Origin: Patescibacteria group bacterium | GTDB taxonomy: Bacteria; Patescibacteriota; Microgenomatia; Levybacterales; UBA12049 | Reading direction: 5' to 3' | Length of the DNA: 64,000 nucleotides | Assembly: GCA_038064195.1 (NCBI GenBank) | Contig: JBBTTO010000002.1 | Location: 466,387-530,386 of the forward strand | Shown here: positions 47,789 to 57,003 of the stretch, one piece after another | How the letters are laid out: each line of letters starts with the position of its first letter | Position numbering within the stretch: the stretch's first letter is position 1 | Notes under the pieces: model-generated | Seen by the model: the letters and a program-made list of their open reading frames with translations, nothing else | What the model was told of the DNA's origin: nothing | Database searches by the model: none | Made by a program: the position numbers and the translations under genes

Positions 47789-49217
47789 ATCATCTGCAAT
47801 CAGGCTACTCTTTGTAATACTTGTCTTAGGATTTTTAGTCAGGCTTTATAGGTTTGATAGTCCTATCGCGGACTGGCACAGCTGGCGTCAGGCTGACACT
47901 TCCGCCGTGTCACGTAATTTTGCCACGTATGGTTTTGATATACTCCATCCCCGTTTTGATGATTTGTCTAATGTCCCATCAGGGCTGGAAAACCCCCGGG
48001 GTTATCGTTTTGTTGAATTTCCGATCTACAATATTGCCCAAGCTGGCTTGTTCAGAATTTTTGGGGTCATTACCATTGAAGAGTGGGGAAGACTGATTAC
48101 TATCCTTACATCTCTGGCGGGTAGCTTTTTTCTTTATAAAATTGTGTCTAAATACTCGGGTGAGACTGCCGGACTGGCGAGCGCATTCTTTTATACCTTT
48201 TTACCTTTTAATATTTATTATGGTCGTACTATTTTGCCTGATCCGACCATGGTAGCAACACTCCTGAGTTCGATATATTTTTTTAGCAGGTGGATAGACA
48301 GCAAAACCAAACCCTGGTCTATTTTATCGGCAGCAACCATACTGCTGGCTGTCTCTCTTTTACTTAAGCCATACGCGCTTTTCTATGCGTTAGTTTTTCT
48401 GGCTCTGATCTACAAAGAATTTGGAACCGGTATGTTCAAGCAGCTCAAGCTTTATATTTTCGCCCTTGTGGCCGTTGTGCCACTTATTGCCTGGAGACTA
48501 TGGATCACAAATTATCCTGAGGGTATCCCTGCCAGCGCCTGGTTGTTTAACGGCAACGGTATCAGATTCCGTCCGGCTTTTTTTCGTTGGATAGGATATG
48601 AGCGATTGATCAAGCTTATATCAGGGTATATAGGCATTATTTTGGTGATTTTCGGGCTTTACCAACTCAGATTTGAAAAAGCCCGATTGCTTTATTCTGC
48701 CTTTCTCCTCAGCTCCAGTATCTATGTAGTTGTCCTGGCAACCGGTAATGTTCAGCATGATTATTATCAGATAGTCATTATGCCCAGTGTTGCGATTATA
48801 TTCGGACTGGGAGCCAGATTTTTATTAGAAAGCAAAAAAATCAGTTTTTTCCATTTTAATAGACTCTTGCTTGCTTTCATAATTTTTATCGCCTTTAGTA
48901 TGAGTTGGCTGCAGGTACGTGACTATTTTAATATCAACAACCGCTCAATAGTCATTGCCGGTGAGGCTATAGATCGGATGATACCTAAAGACGCCAAAAT
49001 TATTGCTAACTATAACGGTGATACATCATTTCTTTATCAGACGAAGCGCAAAGGCTGGGCTAGTTTTGAAAAGCCGTTACCCGAGATGATCACGATGGGG
49101 GCAGACTACCTCGCGTTGGCTAATCCGACTAAAGTCGATGAGGGATTGGGTCAGACTTACAAAATAATTAAAAAGACGAAAGACTATCTACTGCTTGATT
49201 TACACCGAAAACCATGA
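47778..49217 (+). CDS. Polytopic GT-C glycosyltransferase (GT83/ArnT-like)
   Basis: DWHSWRQADTSAVSRNF, EFPIY, YGRTILPDP, LLKP, HDYYQ. Confidence 0.8.
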   Translation: MVSKSSAIRLLFVILVLGFLVRLYRFDSPIADWHSWRQADTSAVSRNFATYGFDILHPRFDDLSNVPSGLENPRGYRFVEFPIYNIAQAGLFRIFGVITIEEWGRLITILTSLAGSFFLYKIVSKYSGETAGLASAFFYTFLPFNIYYGRTILPDPTMVATLLSSIYFFSRWIDSKTKPWSILSAATILLAVSLLLKPYALFYALVFLALIYKEFGTGMFKQLKLYIFALVAVVPLIAWRLWITNYPEGIPASAWLFNGNGIRFRPAFFRWIGYERLIKLISGYIGIILVIFGLYQLRFEKARLLYSAFLLSSSIYVVVLATGNVQHDYYQIVIMPSVAIIFGLGARFLLESKKISFFHFNRLLLAFIIFIAFSMSWLQVRDYFNINNRSIVIAGEAIDRMIPKDAKIIANYNGDTSFLYQTKRKGWASFEKPLPEMITMGADYLALANPTKVDEGLGQTYKIIKKTKDYLLLDLHRKP

Positions 49218-50392
49218 AGATTCTCATGATCTCATCATATCTGCCGTACCCGCTTTTTGACGGAGGTTCCGTACGCCTGTATAACCTCATGCGGGAATTA
49301 CAAAAAGAGCATGCGATTACGCTTATCTGTGAACAAAGAGTCCACCAAGGAAGGGCTGAAAAAGAGGCTGTAGAAAAAATCTGTAAAAAAGTTATTACCG
49401 TTCCCAGACGTAAGCAATGGTCAATCCCTAATCTTTTGAAAACCGGTTTATCAGGCGACTCTTTTTTGATTGTCGGTCATACACTCCCACAGATGAAAAA
49501 GGCAATCGAAGAAGAACTGAAAGCTGAGGAGTATGACCTTATTCATATAGAGACATCCTATGTGATGCAAAATCTTCCCCGGACAAAACTGCCTATTGTT
49601 TTAGTTGAACATAATATCGAGTATATGGTCTATGAAAAATTTATGAATAAAGCACCACTTCCACTGCGCCTTTTTTTGAAAATTGATATTCAAAAGCTGA
49701 AAAAACGTGAAGAAGCCTTTTGGCATCAGGCAACGCAGGTTGTAACTGTCTCTGATGTCGAAAAAGAAGTTGTCGAGAAGACAGGAATAAAAGCCAAAAC
49801 CGTTTATAACGGGGTCGATCTTGAGACATTCAAATTTAAGAAATCTGAATCTGAGAAAGATATCAAGCAATTCCTTTTTATCGGCAGCTACAAATGGTTA
49901 CAGAATCGTGATTCGGTACGCTGGATTCTTCAGGATATTTGGCCTAAGATAAGACAAAATACGAGTGAAAAAGTCGTTTTGCGGATTGTCGGGCGTGATA
50001 TGCCACGGGATATTAAAAACTGGAAGGATGACACGGTTATTATTGAGGAAAATTCACCGCGTAAAGCCGTCGACATCTTTTCCGAAAGCTTTGCTTTGCT
50101 CGCGCCGATTCGAATTGGAGGAGGAAGTCAATACAAAATTTTAGAAGCAATGGCAGTAGGCACGCCTGTTCTTACAACAAGCCTCGGTCTTTCAGGATTG
50201 GATATTAGTCCCGATCAGGATATCCTTGTTGCCGATACCGCTCAGGGATTAGTCGAGTCAGCCGTTCAATTACTCAAAGATCCAAAGCTATCCCAAAGTC
50301 TCAGAGCTCACGCTCGTAAGCAAATTGAAGCCAAATATGATTGGTCTGCTATCGCCAAAACGTTAGGGAGTGTTTATCAGTCGGTTGTCTAA
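49214..50392 (+). CDS. GT4 family glycosyltransferase
   Basis: PYPLFDGGSVR, EHNIE, NGVD, GGGSQYKILEAMA. Confidence 0.88.
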   Translation: MKILMISSYLPYPLFDGGSVRLYNLMRELQKEHAITLICEQRVHQGRAEKEAVEKICKKVITVPRRKQWSIPNLLKTGLSGDSFLIVGHTLPQMKKAIEEELKAEEYDLIHIETSYVMQNLPRTKLPIVLVEHNIEYMVYEKFMNKAPLPLRLFLKIDIQKLKKREEAFWHQATQVVTVSDVEKEVVEKTGIKAKTVYNGVDLETFKFKKSESEKDIKQFLFIGSYKWLQNRDSVRWILQDIWPKIRQNTSEKVVLRIVGRDMPRDIKNWKDDTVIIEENSPRKAVDIFSESFALLAPIRIGGGSQYKILEAMAVGTPVLTTSLGLSGLDISPDQDILVADTAQGLVESAVQLLKDPKLSQSLRAHARKQIEAKYDWSAIAKTLGSVYQSVV

Positions 50393-50394
50393 AT

Positions 50395-51552
50395 ATGAAA
50401 ATAGGGATTGATGCGAGGTTTTGGAACGAGACAGGAGTCGGGCGTTATATCCGTAATCTGGTTACAGAGCTACAGATTATTGATCAGGATAATGATTATG
50501 TACTCTTTGTCTTAAGTAAAGATTACGAGCAAGTAAAATTTCAAATTTCAAATCTCAAATTTAACATTAGAACTGTTGATATACATTGGCATTCGATTAA
50601 GGAGCAAAAAGATTTTCCTTCAATTATTACCAAGGAAAATCTTGATCTTATGCATTTCCCCTATTTCTCAATTCCAATTCTGTATAAAAGACCATATGTT
50701 GTTACGATTCATGATTTGATTCTTCACCATTTCCCGACCGGTGAAGCAACGACACTCCCAAAACCTGTCTATTTCCTAAAAATGGGCGGATATAAATATA
50801 TTATCTCTCAGGCAGCCAAGCACGCTGAGAAAATCATTGCAGTTTCCCAGGCAACCAAAGACGAGATAGTCGATCACCTTCATGTCAAACCCTCAAAAAT
50901 AGACGTAGTATATGAAGGGATCGATCCACTAATTAAAGACCACCACAAGGGCACTACCTTCAAAGAAGGGTCGCAGAGACCAAAGACCGAGGACCAAAAA
51001 TACGGGAAATACTTTCTGCACATTGGCAATGTCTATCCTCATAAAAATGCAGAACGTTTAGTTGATGCGTTTGGAAAAGCAAATGTTCCTGATACAAGGC
51101 TCATTTTTGTCGGTAAAAAAGATTATTTTATGAGCAAACTTGAACAGCGCGTGAAGAAGCAAGAGCTTCAGGATCGAATACTTTTTACCGGGTTTGTCAC
51201 AGACGAAGAGTTAGCCGGTCTTTTAAAGCACTCCTTAGCAACAGTTGTCCCATCACTTATGGAGGGCTTTGGTTTGCCTGTGATCGAAGCATTTGCCCAA
51301 AATTCCTTAGTTATAGCATCAGATATTCCCTCACTCAGAGAAGTAGCTAAAGACGCTGCTCTTTTTGTTGATCCGTTTAACATTGACGATATTTCTGCTA
51401 AGATGCAAACCGTTGCTTCAGCTGATCCTGAAGAGTTTGAATCACTTCGTAAAAAAGGTTTGGCGATTGCCCGGGGGTTTTCGTGGGAGAAGATGGCCCG
51501 GGAGACACTGAAAATCTATGAAAGTAGCGTTAGTATACGACAGAGTCAATAA
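50395..51552 (+). CDS. GT4 family glycosyltransferase (MtfB-like)
   Basis: KIGIDAR..TGVGRY, TIHDL, YPHKN, EGFGLPVIEAF; start moved to ATG 50395. Confidence 0.9.
   Translation: MKIGIDARFWNETGVGRYIRNLVTELQIIDQDNDYVLFVLSKDYEQVKFQISNLKFNIRTVDIHWHSIKEQKDFPSIITKENLDLMHFPYFSIPILYKRPYVVTIHDLILHHFPTGEATTLPKPVYFLKMGGYKYIISQAAKHAEKIIAVSQATKDEIVDHLHVKPSKIDVVYEGIDPLIKDHHKGTTFKEGSQRPKTEDQKYGKYFLHIGNVYPHKNAERLVDAFGKANVPDTRLIFVGKKDYFMSKLEQRVKKQELQDRILFTGFVTDEELAGLLKHSLATVVPSLMEGFGLPVIEAFAQNSLVIASDIPSLREVAKDAALFVDPFNIDDISAKMQTVASADPEEFESLRKKGLAIARGFSWEKMARETLKIYESSVSIRQSQ
50536..50563 (+). repeat. 7-nt tandem repeat inside the CDS
   Basis: aaatttc aaatttc aaatctc aaattta, encoding KFQISNLKF. Confidence 0.75.
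50975..50995 (+). repeat. 7-nt tandem repeat inside the CDS (interdomain linker)
   Basis: agagacc aaagacc gaggacc, encoding QRPKTEDQ. Confidence 0.65.
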
Positions 51553-52600
51553 ATGGGGAGGAGCCGAAAGGGTTCTCCTTGCTCTGCATGAGCTTTTCCC
51601 ACAGGCGCCTCTTTATACCTCGGTCTACCATCATGGGAGGGCACCATGGGCCAGCGTATTTGATATCAGGACTTCCTTTCTTCAGAACTTTCCGTTTGCT
51701 AAAGACTCGCATGAATTGTATCCGCTTTTGATGCCGGCAGCCTTTGAGTCATTTACTTTTGCTGATTATGACCTGGTTATTTCGGTAACCAGCGAGGCAG
51801 CCAAGGGTGTTATTACCAAGCCTGGGACTATGCATATCTGTTACTGTCTTACTCCGACGCGGTATCTGTGGAGCGGTCGCAGTGAGTACTTTTCAAATCC
51901 GATTCTTTCTTTTCTGGCAACACCCGCGATAAACTATTTAAAAAAATGGGATCTGGTTGCCGCGTCCCGTCCCGATCACTATATAGCTATCTCCAGGGAA
52001 GTTAAGGCACGTCTGCACAATTTCTATAGGCGTGATTCAACTATCATCCATCCGCCTGTTGAGCTTTATGCAGGGATACCTCTCAAAAAAACAGCCGGAG
52101 ATTATTATCTCGTTGTTTCACGCTTGGTTCCTTATAAAAGAGTTGATCTTGCCATAAAAGCTTGTAATAAATTAGGCCTTCCCTTAAAAGTCGTAGGTAC
52201 TGGTAACGAGGAGGAGCGCTTACGCGAAATGGCCGGACCGACAGTCGAGTTCATAGGGTCAATATCTGACGAAGGATTGATAAAACTTTACCAGCACGCA
52301 AAGGCGCTTATTTTTCCAGGTCTGGAGGATTTTGGCATAGTTATGGCTGAGTCTTTAGGCTTTGGTAAGCCTGTCATTGCTTTTGACCGCGGAGGGGCCA
52401 GAGATATAGTTGAGGATGGTCGTTCAGGCATACTTTTCACTTCTCAGAATGTAACAGCTCTCATTGAAGCTATCTTAAGATCGCAGAAAATAGATTTTAA
52501 TCCGAAGACATTGAGGAGAAGAGCGGAATTTTTCGGCAAGGATCAATTCAAAAATAAATTTTCCCGCTATATTAAGGAGATTTGCAAAAGCATAAAATAG
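51518..52600 (+). CDS. GT4 family glycosyltransferase (WbaZ-like mannosyltransferase)
   Basis: GGAERVL, YCLTPTRYLW, SRLVPYKRVDL, EDFGIVMAES. Confidence 0.88.
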   Translation: MKVALVYDRVNKWGGAERVLLALHELFPQAPLYTSVYHHGRAPWASVFDIRTSFLQNFPFAKDSHELYPLLMPAAFESFTFADYDLVISVTSEAAKGVITKPGTMHICYCLTPTRYLWSGRSEYFSNPILSFLATPAINYLKKWDLVAASRPDHYIAISREVKARLHNFYRRDSTIIHPPVELYAGIPLKKTAGDYYLVVSRLVPYKRVDLAIKACNKLGLPLKVVGTGNEEERLREMAGPTVEFIGSISDEGLIKLYQHAKALIFPGLEDFGIVMAESLGFGKPVIAFDRGGARDIVEDGRSGILFTSQNVTALIEAILRSQKIDFNPKTLRRRAEFFGKDQFKNKFSRYIKEICKSIK

Positions 52601-52609
52601 CACTATAAT
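52582..52609 (+). promoter_or_regulatory. Sigma70-type promoter
   Basis: TTGCAA, 16 nt, TATAAT (52604-52609), 10 nt before ATG 52620. Confidence 0.5.
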
Positions 52610-52619
52610 AGATAAAGTT

Positions 52620-53705
52620 ATGAAAGTTGTTCTATTTGCTGGCGGTGTGGGTTCACGTCTCTGGCCACTTTCCCGCAAAAATACCCCTAAGCAATTCGGT
52701 AAGATCATTGGTGATATGTCAATGCTTCAGATAGCTGTGAAAAAACTTTTTCCTTCCTTTACCTGGTCTGACGTTTATATCTCCACCGGCAAACAATATG
52801 AGGAGATCGTACGCAACCAACTCAAAGAATTACCCTCTGAAAATATTCTTATTGAGCCTGAGATGCGTGATGTTGGTCCGGCAGTTGGCCTTATTACCTC
52901 ACTTTTCGTTAAAAGCAATCCCAATGAACCTATCGCGTTACTTTGGGGAAGTGACCATTTAGTTCGGGAAGAAGAACTGTTCCGTAAAGTGCTTAAAGCA
53001 GCTGAGCAACTGGTTCGAGAAGATGGTGAGAGAATTGTTTTTGTCGGTCAAAAGCCCCGGTTTGCCAATCAAAATTTAGGCTATATTGAATACACATCAC
53101 AAGTCAAAGAAGTTGATGGACTACCTGTTTATTCATTTTCCAATTTCCAGTATCGCCCTCATTTATCAAAAGCTGAGAGATGGGTTAAGGACGGCCATCA
53201 TGCGTGGAATTTGGGGTATTTTGTCACAACTCCTGCTTTTCTTTGGAAACTTTTTGAACAGTTCGCCCCTGAGCTCTTCGTTAAGCTTAAAAAAATTAAT
53301 GATGCTATAGGTACTCCTGAATATGATAAGGTGCTGCAGGAAATTTATCCGACAATTGAAAAGATTTCTTTTGATAACGCCATTCTTGAAAAGATGGATC
53401 CTAAATATGGCTACGTGCTTTCTGTTGATTTGGGTTGGAGTGATATTGGCGCGTGGGAAGCTCTGAAAGAGGCTCTATCGGTAAATCAAAATGAAAATGT
53501 CACAAGAGGTGATGTTCTGATTGAAGATACCGAAGATTCATTAGTATTTAATTTTACCAAGCAGCTTGTGGTAGGCATTGATCTAAAGGGTATGGTGGTT
53601 GTAAATACAGGTGATGTACTTCTCATCTGTCCTAAAGATTCAGTACCAAAAGTGAAGGAGATCGTGGCCGGCTTGAGTGGAACAGAACATGAGCATTTGA
53701 CGTAG
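52620..53705 (+). CDS. manC: Mannose-1-phosphate guanylyltransferase (no cupin/PMI domain)
   Basis: AGGVGSRLWPLSR..PKQF, EPEMRD.GPA, SDH, ISFDNAILEK, GWSDIGAW. Confidence 0.85.
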   Translation: MKVVLFAGGVGSRLWPLSRKNTPKQFGKIIGDMSMLQIAVKKLFPSFTWSDVYISTGKQYEEIVRNQLKELPSENILIEPEMRDVGPAVGLITSLFVKSNPNEPIALLWGSDHLVREEELFRKVLKAAEQLVREDGERIVFVGQKPRFANQNLGYIEYTSQVKEVDGLPVYSFSNFQYRPHLSKAERWVKDGHHAWNLGYFVTTPAFLWKLFEQFAPELFVKLKKINDAIGTPEYDKVLQEIYPTIEKISFDNAILEKMDPKYGYVLSVDLGWSDIGAWEALKEALSVNQNENVTRGDVLIEDTEDSLVFNFTKQLVVGIDLKGMVVVNTGDVLLICPKDSVPKVKEIVAGLSGTEHEHLT

Positions 53706-53707
53706 CC

Positions 53708-54373
53708 ATGCCATACATCGAAATTAAAAAGAGTAGAGGGTATGAATTAGTAAAGCGGCTCATCGATATAGTATCTGCGCTTATTATTCTCATCATTTTT
53801 TCTCCGGTTATTCTTATTGTCGCTATAGCCATCATGCTTGATTCCAAGGGTCCTATTTTAGCTGATACTCCGGAGCGTGTAGGGCAGGAGGGTAAGCTTT
53901 TTAAGATGTTTAAATTTCGTTCCATGATTCCTAACGCCCATACTATTTTGCGTGAAGATCCTGAATTCGCCGCGCTGTATGAACAGTACAAAAAAGGAAG
54001 TTATAAGCTGAAAAATGATCCGAGGATTACCAGAGTGGGAAGGTTTATCAGGAAGCATTCGTTAGATGAGGCACCCCAGTTGTTTAATGTTCTTAAAGGA
54101 GATATGAGTCTGGTAGGTCCGAGAGCCTACTATCCTGATGAGTTACGAGACCAACAGAAGAAATACCCGGAGACACAAGATGCAGTCAAAGTCGTGCTAT
54201 CGGTAAAGCCTGGAGTGACAGGCCTATGGCAAGTATCAGGCAGAAGTGAAATAAATTTTGACAAACGTATTAAGATGGACGCTAATTATGTAAGAAGACG
54301 TTCAATTCTCTATGATATGTGGTTAATTTTATGTACCCCTGCCGCAGTGATAACGGGGAAAGGAGCGCGGTAA
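53708..54373 (+). CDS. Initiating phosphoglycosyl transferase (WbaP/WcaJ C-terminal family)
   Basis: KRLIDI, FKFRSM, DPRITRVGRFIRKHSLDE.PQ, SLVGPR, KPGVTGLWQVSGRS. Confidence 0.92.
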   Translation: MPYIEIKKSRGYELVKRLIDIVSALIILIIFSPVILIVAIAIMLDSKGPILADTPERVGQEGKLFKMFKFRSMIPNAHTILREDPEFAALYEQYKKGSYKLKNDPRITRVGRFIRKHSLDEAPQLFNVLKGDMSLVGPRAYYPDELRDQQKKYPETQDAVKVVLSVKPGVTGLWQVSGRSEINFDKRIKMDANYVRRRSILYDMWLILCTPAAVITGKGAR

Positions 54374-54391
54374 TAATTTTCTTCTGTCAAG

Positions 54392-54421
54392 TTGACAAAG
54401 GCTAAAGCTCTCTCGTATCAT
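54392..54421 (+). promoter_or_regulatory. Sigma70-type promoter (leaderless geometry)
   Basis: TTGACA (54392-54397), 18 nt, TATCAT (54416-54421), 6 nt, ATG 54428. Confidence 0.6.
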
Positions 54422-54427
54422 TGTCAT

Positions 54428-56368
54428 ATGCCCGGATTTGAGAAAATCGATCTTGATCTTAAAAACGAGATAGTCACACCACTCTCACCTATGGCGCGTA
54501 CTAAAAAACATAATGCGTTTATCAAGAAGCATCTAAAAGTTATCAGTATTGGGTCGGTAATTTTTGTTATCTTTTTGCTATTTGGGCTGATTCTCCCCCT
54601 CCTAACCGTTGTTAAATCAGCCAAACAGACGTACGCTCAGGCTAAAATCCTTTCCAGTGCTATCAAGCAGCAAAACATAGCAGTAGCCTCACAGGAGTTA
54701 GTTAAGACCCAATCTGCACTGGCCGATACCCAGAAAAAGATGCGTATTCTCGGCTATCTTCATTTTGTCCCGTTGGCTAACTTTTATTATAACGATGCCA
54801 GCCACCTGATGAACGCGGGAGCCGAAGGTCTCAAGACAGCAACTATTGTTATTGATGCCTTAAAACCATATGCTGACGTTTTAGGTCTTAAAGGACAGGG
54901 AAGCTTTGTCGGAGGATCGGCTGAAGACAGGATCAAAACTGCAGTTTTGACTATGGGTAAGATTACTCCTCAGATCGATCAAATCTCAGAAAGCTTAGTT
55001 AACGTTAAATCAGAGATTGATCAGGTAAATCCCAATCATTATCCGTCCGTTTTGTTTGGCTCCAAGATTAAGACTCAGCTGATAGCTGCTAAGACCTTAA
55101 CTGATGAGGGAGTTGCGTTTGTCAATCAGGCCCGTCCGCTTATTAAAGTACTTCCGTCACTACTCGGTGAGTCGGAAGAGAAAAAATATCTTATTCTTTT
55201 CCAAAATGATAAAGAACTGCGTCCGACCGGCGGATTTATCACCGCCTACGCTGTTTTCAGATTGGATAAAGGAATTATTCACTTAGAGCGATCTGATGAT
55301 ATTTATAAGCTTGATGACTCAATCTCCAGTAAGCCAGCAGCTCCAGCTCCGATTTTGAAGTATCTTCCTAAAGTGTACACATTAAATCTTCGTGACAGCA
55401 ATCTTTCACCTGATTTTGTTGAGTCAATGATTCAGTTTAATAAGCTCTATGATAAAGCCGGTCAAAAAGTCGCTGTTGACGGCATCATTGCTCTGGATAC
55501 TTACGTCCTCACCTCGACTATTAAAATTCTTGATGATCAGATAACAGTTGACGGCCAGACCTTTACTACCAAAAATGATCCCCGTTGTGACTGTGCCCAG
55601 GTGATCTATTCACTTGAGGATAGTATTTCCCGACCGGTCAATTACATCAAAACAGATCGTAAGGGATTACTCGGAGATATGCTTGCAGCGCTGATGAGTA
55701 AAGCTTTGTCTTCATCCCCTAAGATCTACTGGGGACCGTTATTTCAGTCCATGCTCGCCCAGACTCATCAAAAGCATATTCTTTTCTATCTCTTTGACAA
55801 AGATGCTCAGTCAGGTATTGAGTCACTTCAGGCAGCGGGTAAGATTGTGCCCTTTGAGGGGGACTATCTCCATATTAACGAAGCCAATTTCAGCGGAGCC
55901 AAGGCCAATCTCTTTATCACGCAAAAAGTTGAGAATTCCTATGATATTAAAGGTGACGGTACAATTAGTAAGACCGTGACTATTAATTACAAAAATACGC
56001 ACGCGCCGTCTGACTGTAATTTGGAGCGGGGCGGTCTGTGTCTGAACGCAGAGTATCGTGACTGGATCCGGGTCTATGTACCAAAAGGCAGTAAGCTGAC
56101 TGATAGTAAAGGCAATGAAGTCAAAGTCAGTACCTATGATGAGTTAGGCAAGACGGTCTTTGACAGCTTTATTACTGTCAGACCGCTGGGGGCCGCGACG
56201 TATACACTGACGTATACGTTGCCTTTCAAAGTACAAAATCGCGTCTTACCCTTGTTGATCCAAAAACAACCGGGGACTGATCAGCCGGCGTATACAGTCA
56301 AAGTCGGCGGACGTACCGTTGAGAAATTTGACCTCCTGATTGATAAAGAGCTTAAATTAAAGATTTAA
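54428..56368 (+). CDS. DUF4012 domain membrane-anchored protein
   Basis: Single N-terminal TM, helical stalk, YLILFQNDKELRPTGGFI, RDSNLSPDF, VDGIIALD, RVYVPKGS, QKQPG. Confidence 0.8.
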   Translation: MPGFEKIDLDLKNEIVTPLSPMARTKKHNAFIKKHLKVISIGSVIFVIFLLFGLILPLLTVVKSAKQTYAQAKILSSAIKQQNIAVASQELVKTQSALADTQKKMRILGYLHFVPLANFYYNDASHLMNAGAEGLKTATIVIDALKPYADVLGLKGQGSFVGGSAEDRIKTAVLTMGKITPQIDQISESLVNVKSEIDQVNPNHYPSVLFGSKIKTQLIAAKTLTDEGVAFVNQARPLIKVLPSLLGESEEKKYLILFQNDKELRPTGGFITAYAVFRLDKGIIHLERSDDIYKLDDSISSKPAAPAPILKYLPKVYTLNLRDSNLSPDFVESMIQFNKLYDKAGQKVAVDGIIALDTYVLTSTIKILDDQITVDGQTFTTKNDPRCDCAQVIYSLEDSISRPVNYIKTDRKGLLGDMLAALMSKALSSSPKIYWGPLFQSMLAQTHQKHILFYLFDKDAQSGIESLQAAGKIVPFEGDYLHINEANFSGAKANLFITQKVENSYDIKGDGTISKTVTINYKNTHAPSDCNLERGGLCLNAEYRDWIRVYVPKGSKLTDSKGNEVKVSTYDELGKTVFDSFITVRPLGAATYTLTYTLPFKVQNRVLPLLIQKQPGTDQPAYTVKVGGRTVEKFDLLIDKELKLKI

Positions 56369-56378
56369 AGTTATAAAA

Positions 56379-56440
56379 TGTCATTCCGGACTTGTTTCGG
56401 AATCCCCAAAATGAGATGCTGAATCAAGTTCAGCATGACA
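56379..56440. repeat. REP/REPIN-like doublet: two inverted 26-nt hairpin units
   Basis: TGTCATTCCGGACTTGTTTCGGAATC, 10 nt, GATGCTGAATCAAGTTCAGCATGACA. Confidence 0.75.
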
Positions 56441-56447
56441 ACTCAGT

Positions 56448-56996
56448 ATGCGAAGTTTTAAAACAGAAGGAATTGTTATCAAGCGGCGTGATTTTAATGA
56501 GGCTGATAGGATCATCACTGTCTATACCAAAGACATGGGGAAAATCAGTATGAAGGCCACAGGGGTAAGGCGTATTACCAGCAGGCGTGCTTCCCACATT
56601 GAACTCCTCAATTACACCCGGGTTTCACTCTACAAAGCCCATCATATGCCTGTTTTGGTTGAGGCACAGATGCTCAATAGTTTTACGCAGATCAAAAATG
56701 ATCTGCAAAAAACAGGGTTTGCTTATCATATTTGTGAATTGATCGACGGACTTTGTCCTGAAGGACAGGATCAGCCGGAAATATTTATGACCCTTAAAGG
56801 AATTCTTAATGAATTGTCACTTGTGCAGGGACCGGAGATACTTTTTAAAGTCCACGATTTTGAGGTGCAACTTTTAACACTGCTTGGTTTTTGGCACAAG
56901 ACACCGAGCGCATCTAGCTCTTTGGATACGCATCAATTCATAGAAAGTATTTTGGAACGAAGACTAAAAAGTCGTCGAATCTTCGAAAAATTATAG
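56448..56996 (+). CDS. recO: DNA repair protein RecO (short form)
   Basis: TEGIVIKRRDFNEADRIITVYT..GKI..A.GVRR..SRR; FEVQLLTLLGF. Confidence 0.85.
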   Translation: MRSFKTEGIVIKRRDFNEADRIITVYTKDMGKISMKATGVRRITSRRASHIELLNYTRVSLYKAHHMPVLVEAQMLNSFTQIKNDLQKTGFAYHICELIDGLCPEGQDQPEIFMTLKGILNELSLVQGPEILFKVHDFEVQLLTLLGFWHKTPSASSSLDTHQFIESILERRLKSRRIFEKL

Positions 56997-57003
56997 AGGC
57001 ACA

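Noticed and set aside
50947-50969. AAGG..CCTT and CCTTC-AAA-GAAGG micro-stems next to the heptamer run in the GT4 linker
   Set aside because: Stems of only 4-5 bp are too short to distinguish from chance without genome-wide copies
54385-54397. Palindrome TGTCAA-G-TTGACA over the -35 of the DUF4012 gene
   Set aside because: No matching antisense -10 at 17 nt and no second copy seen; may be chance given the -35 consensus
1-56368. Reading the locus as LPS core or O-antigen biosynthesis because of KdtX-, ArnT- and WaaL-like genes
   Set aside because: No lipid A, Kdo, heptose, wzz or outer-membrane export genes in the window; the family names reflect fold, not substrate
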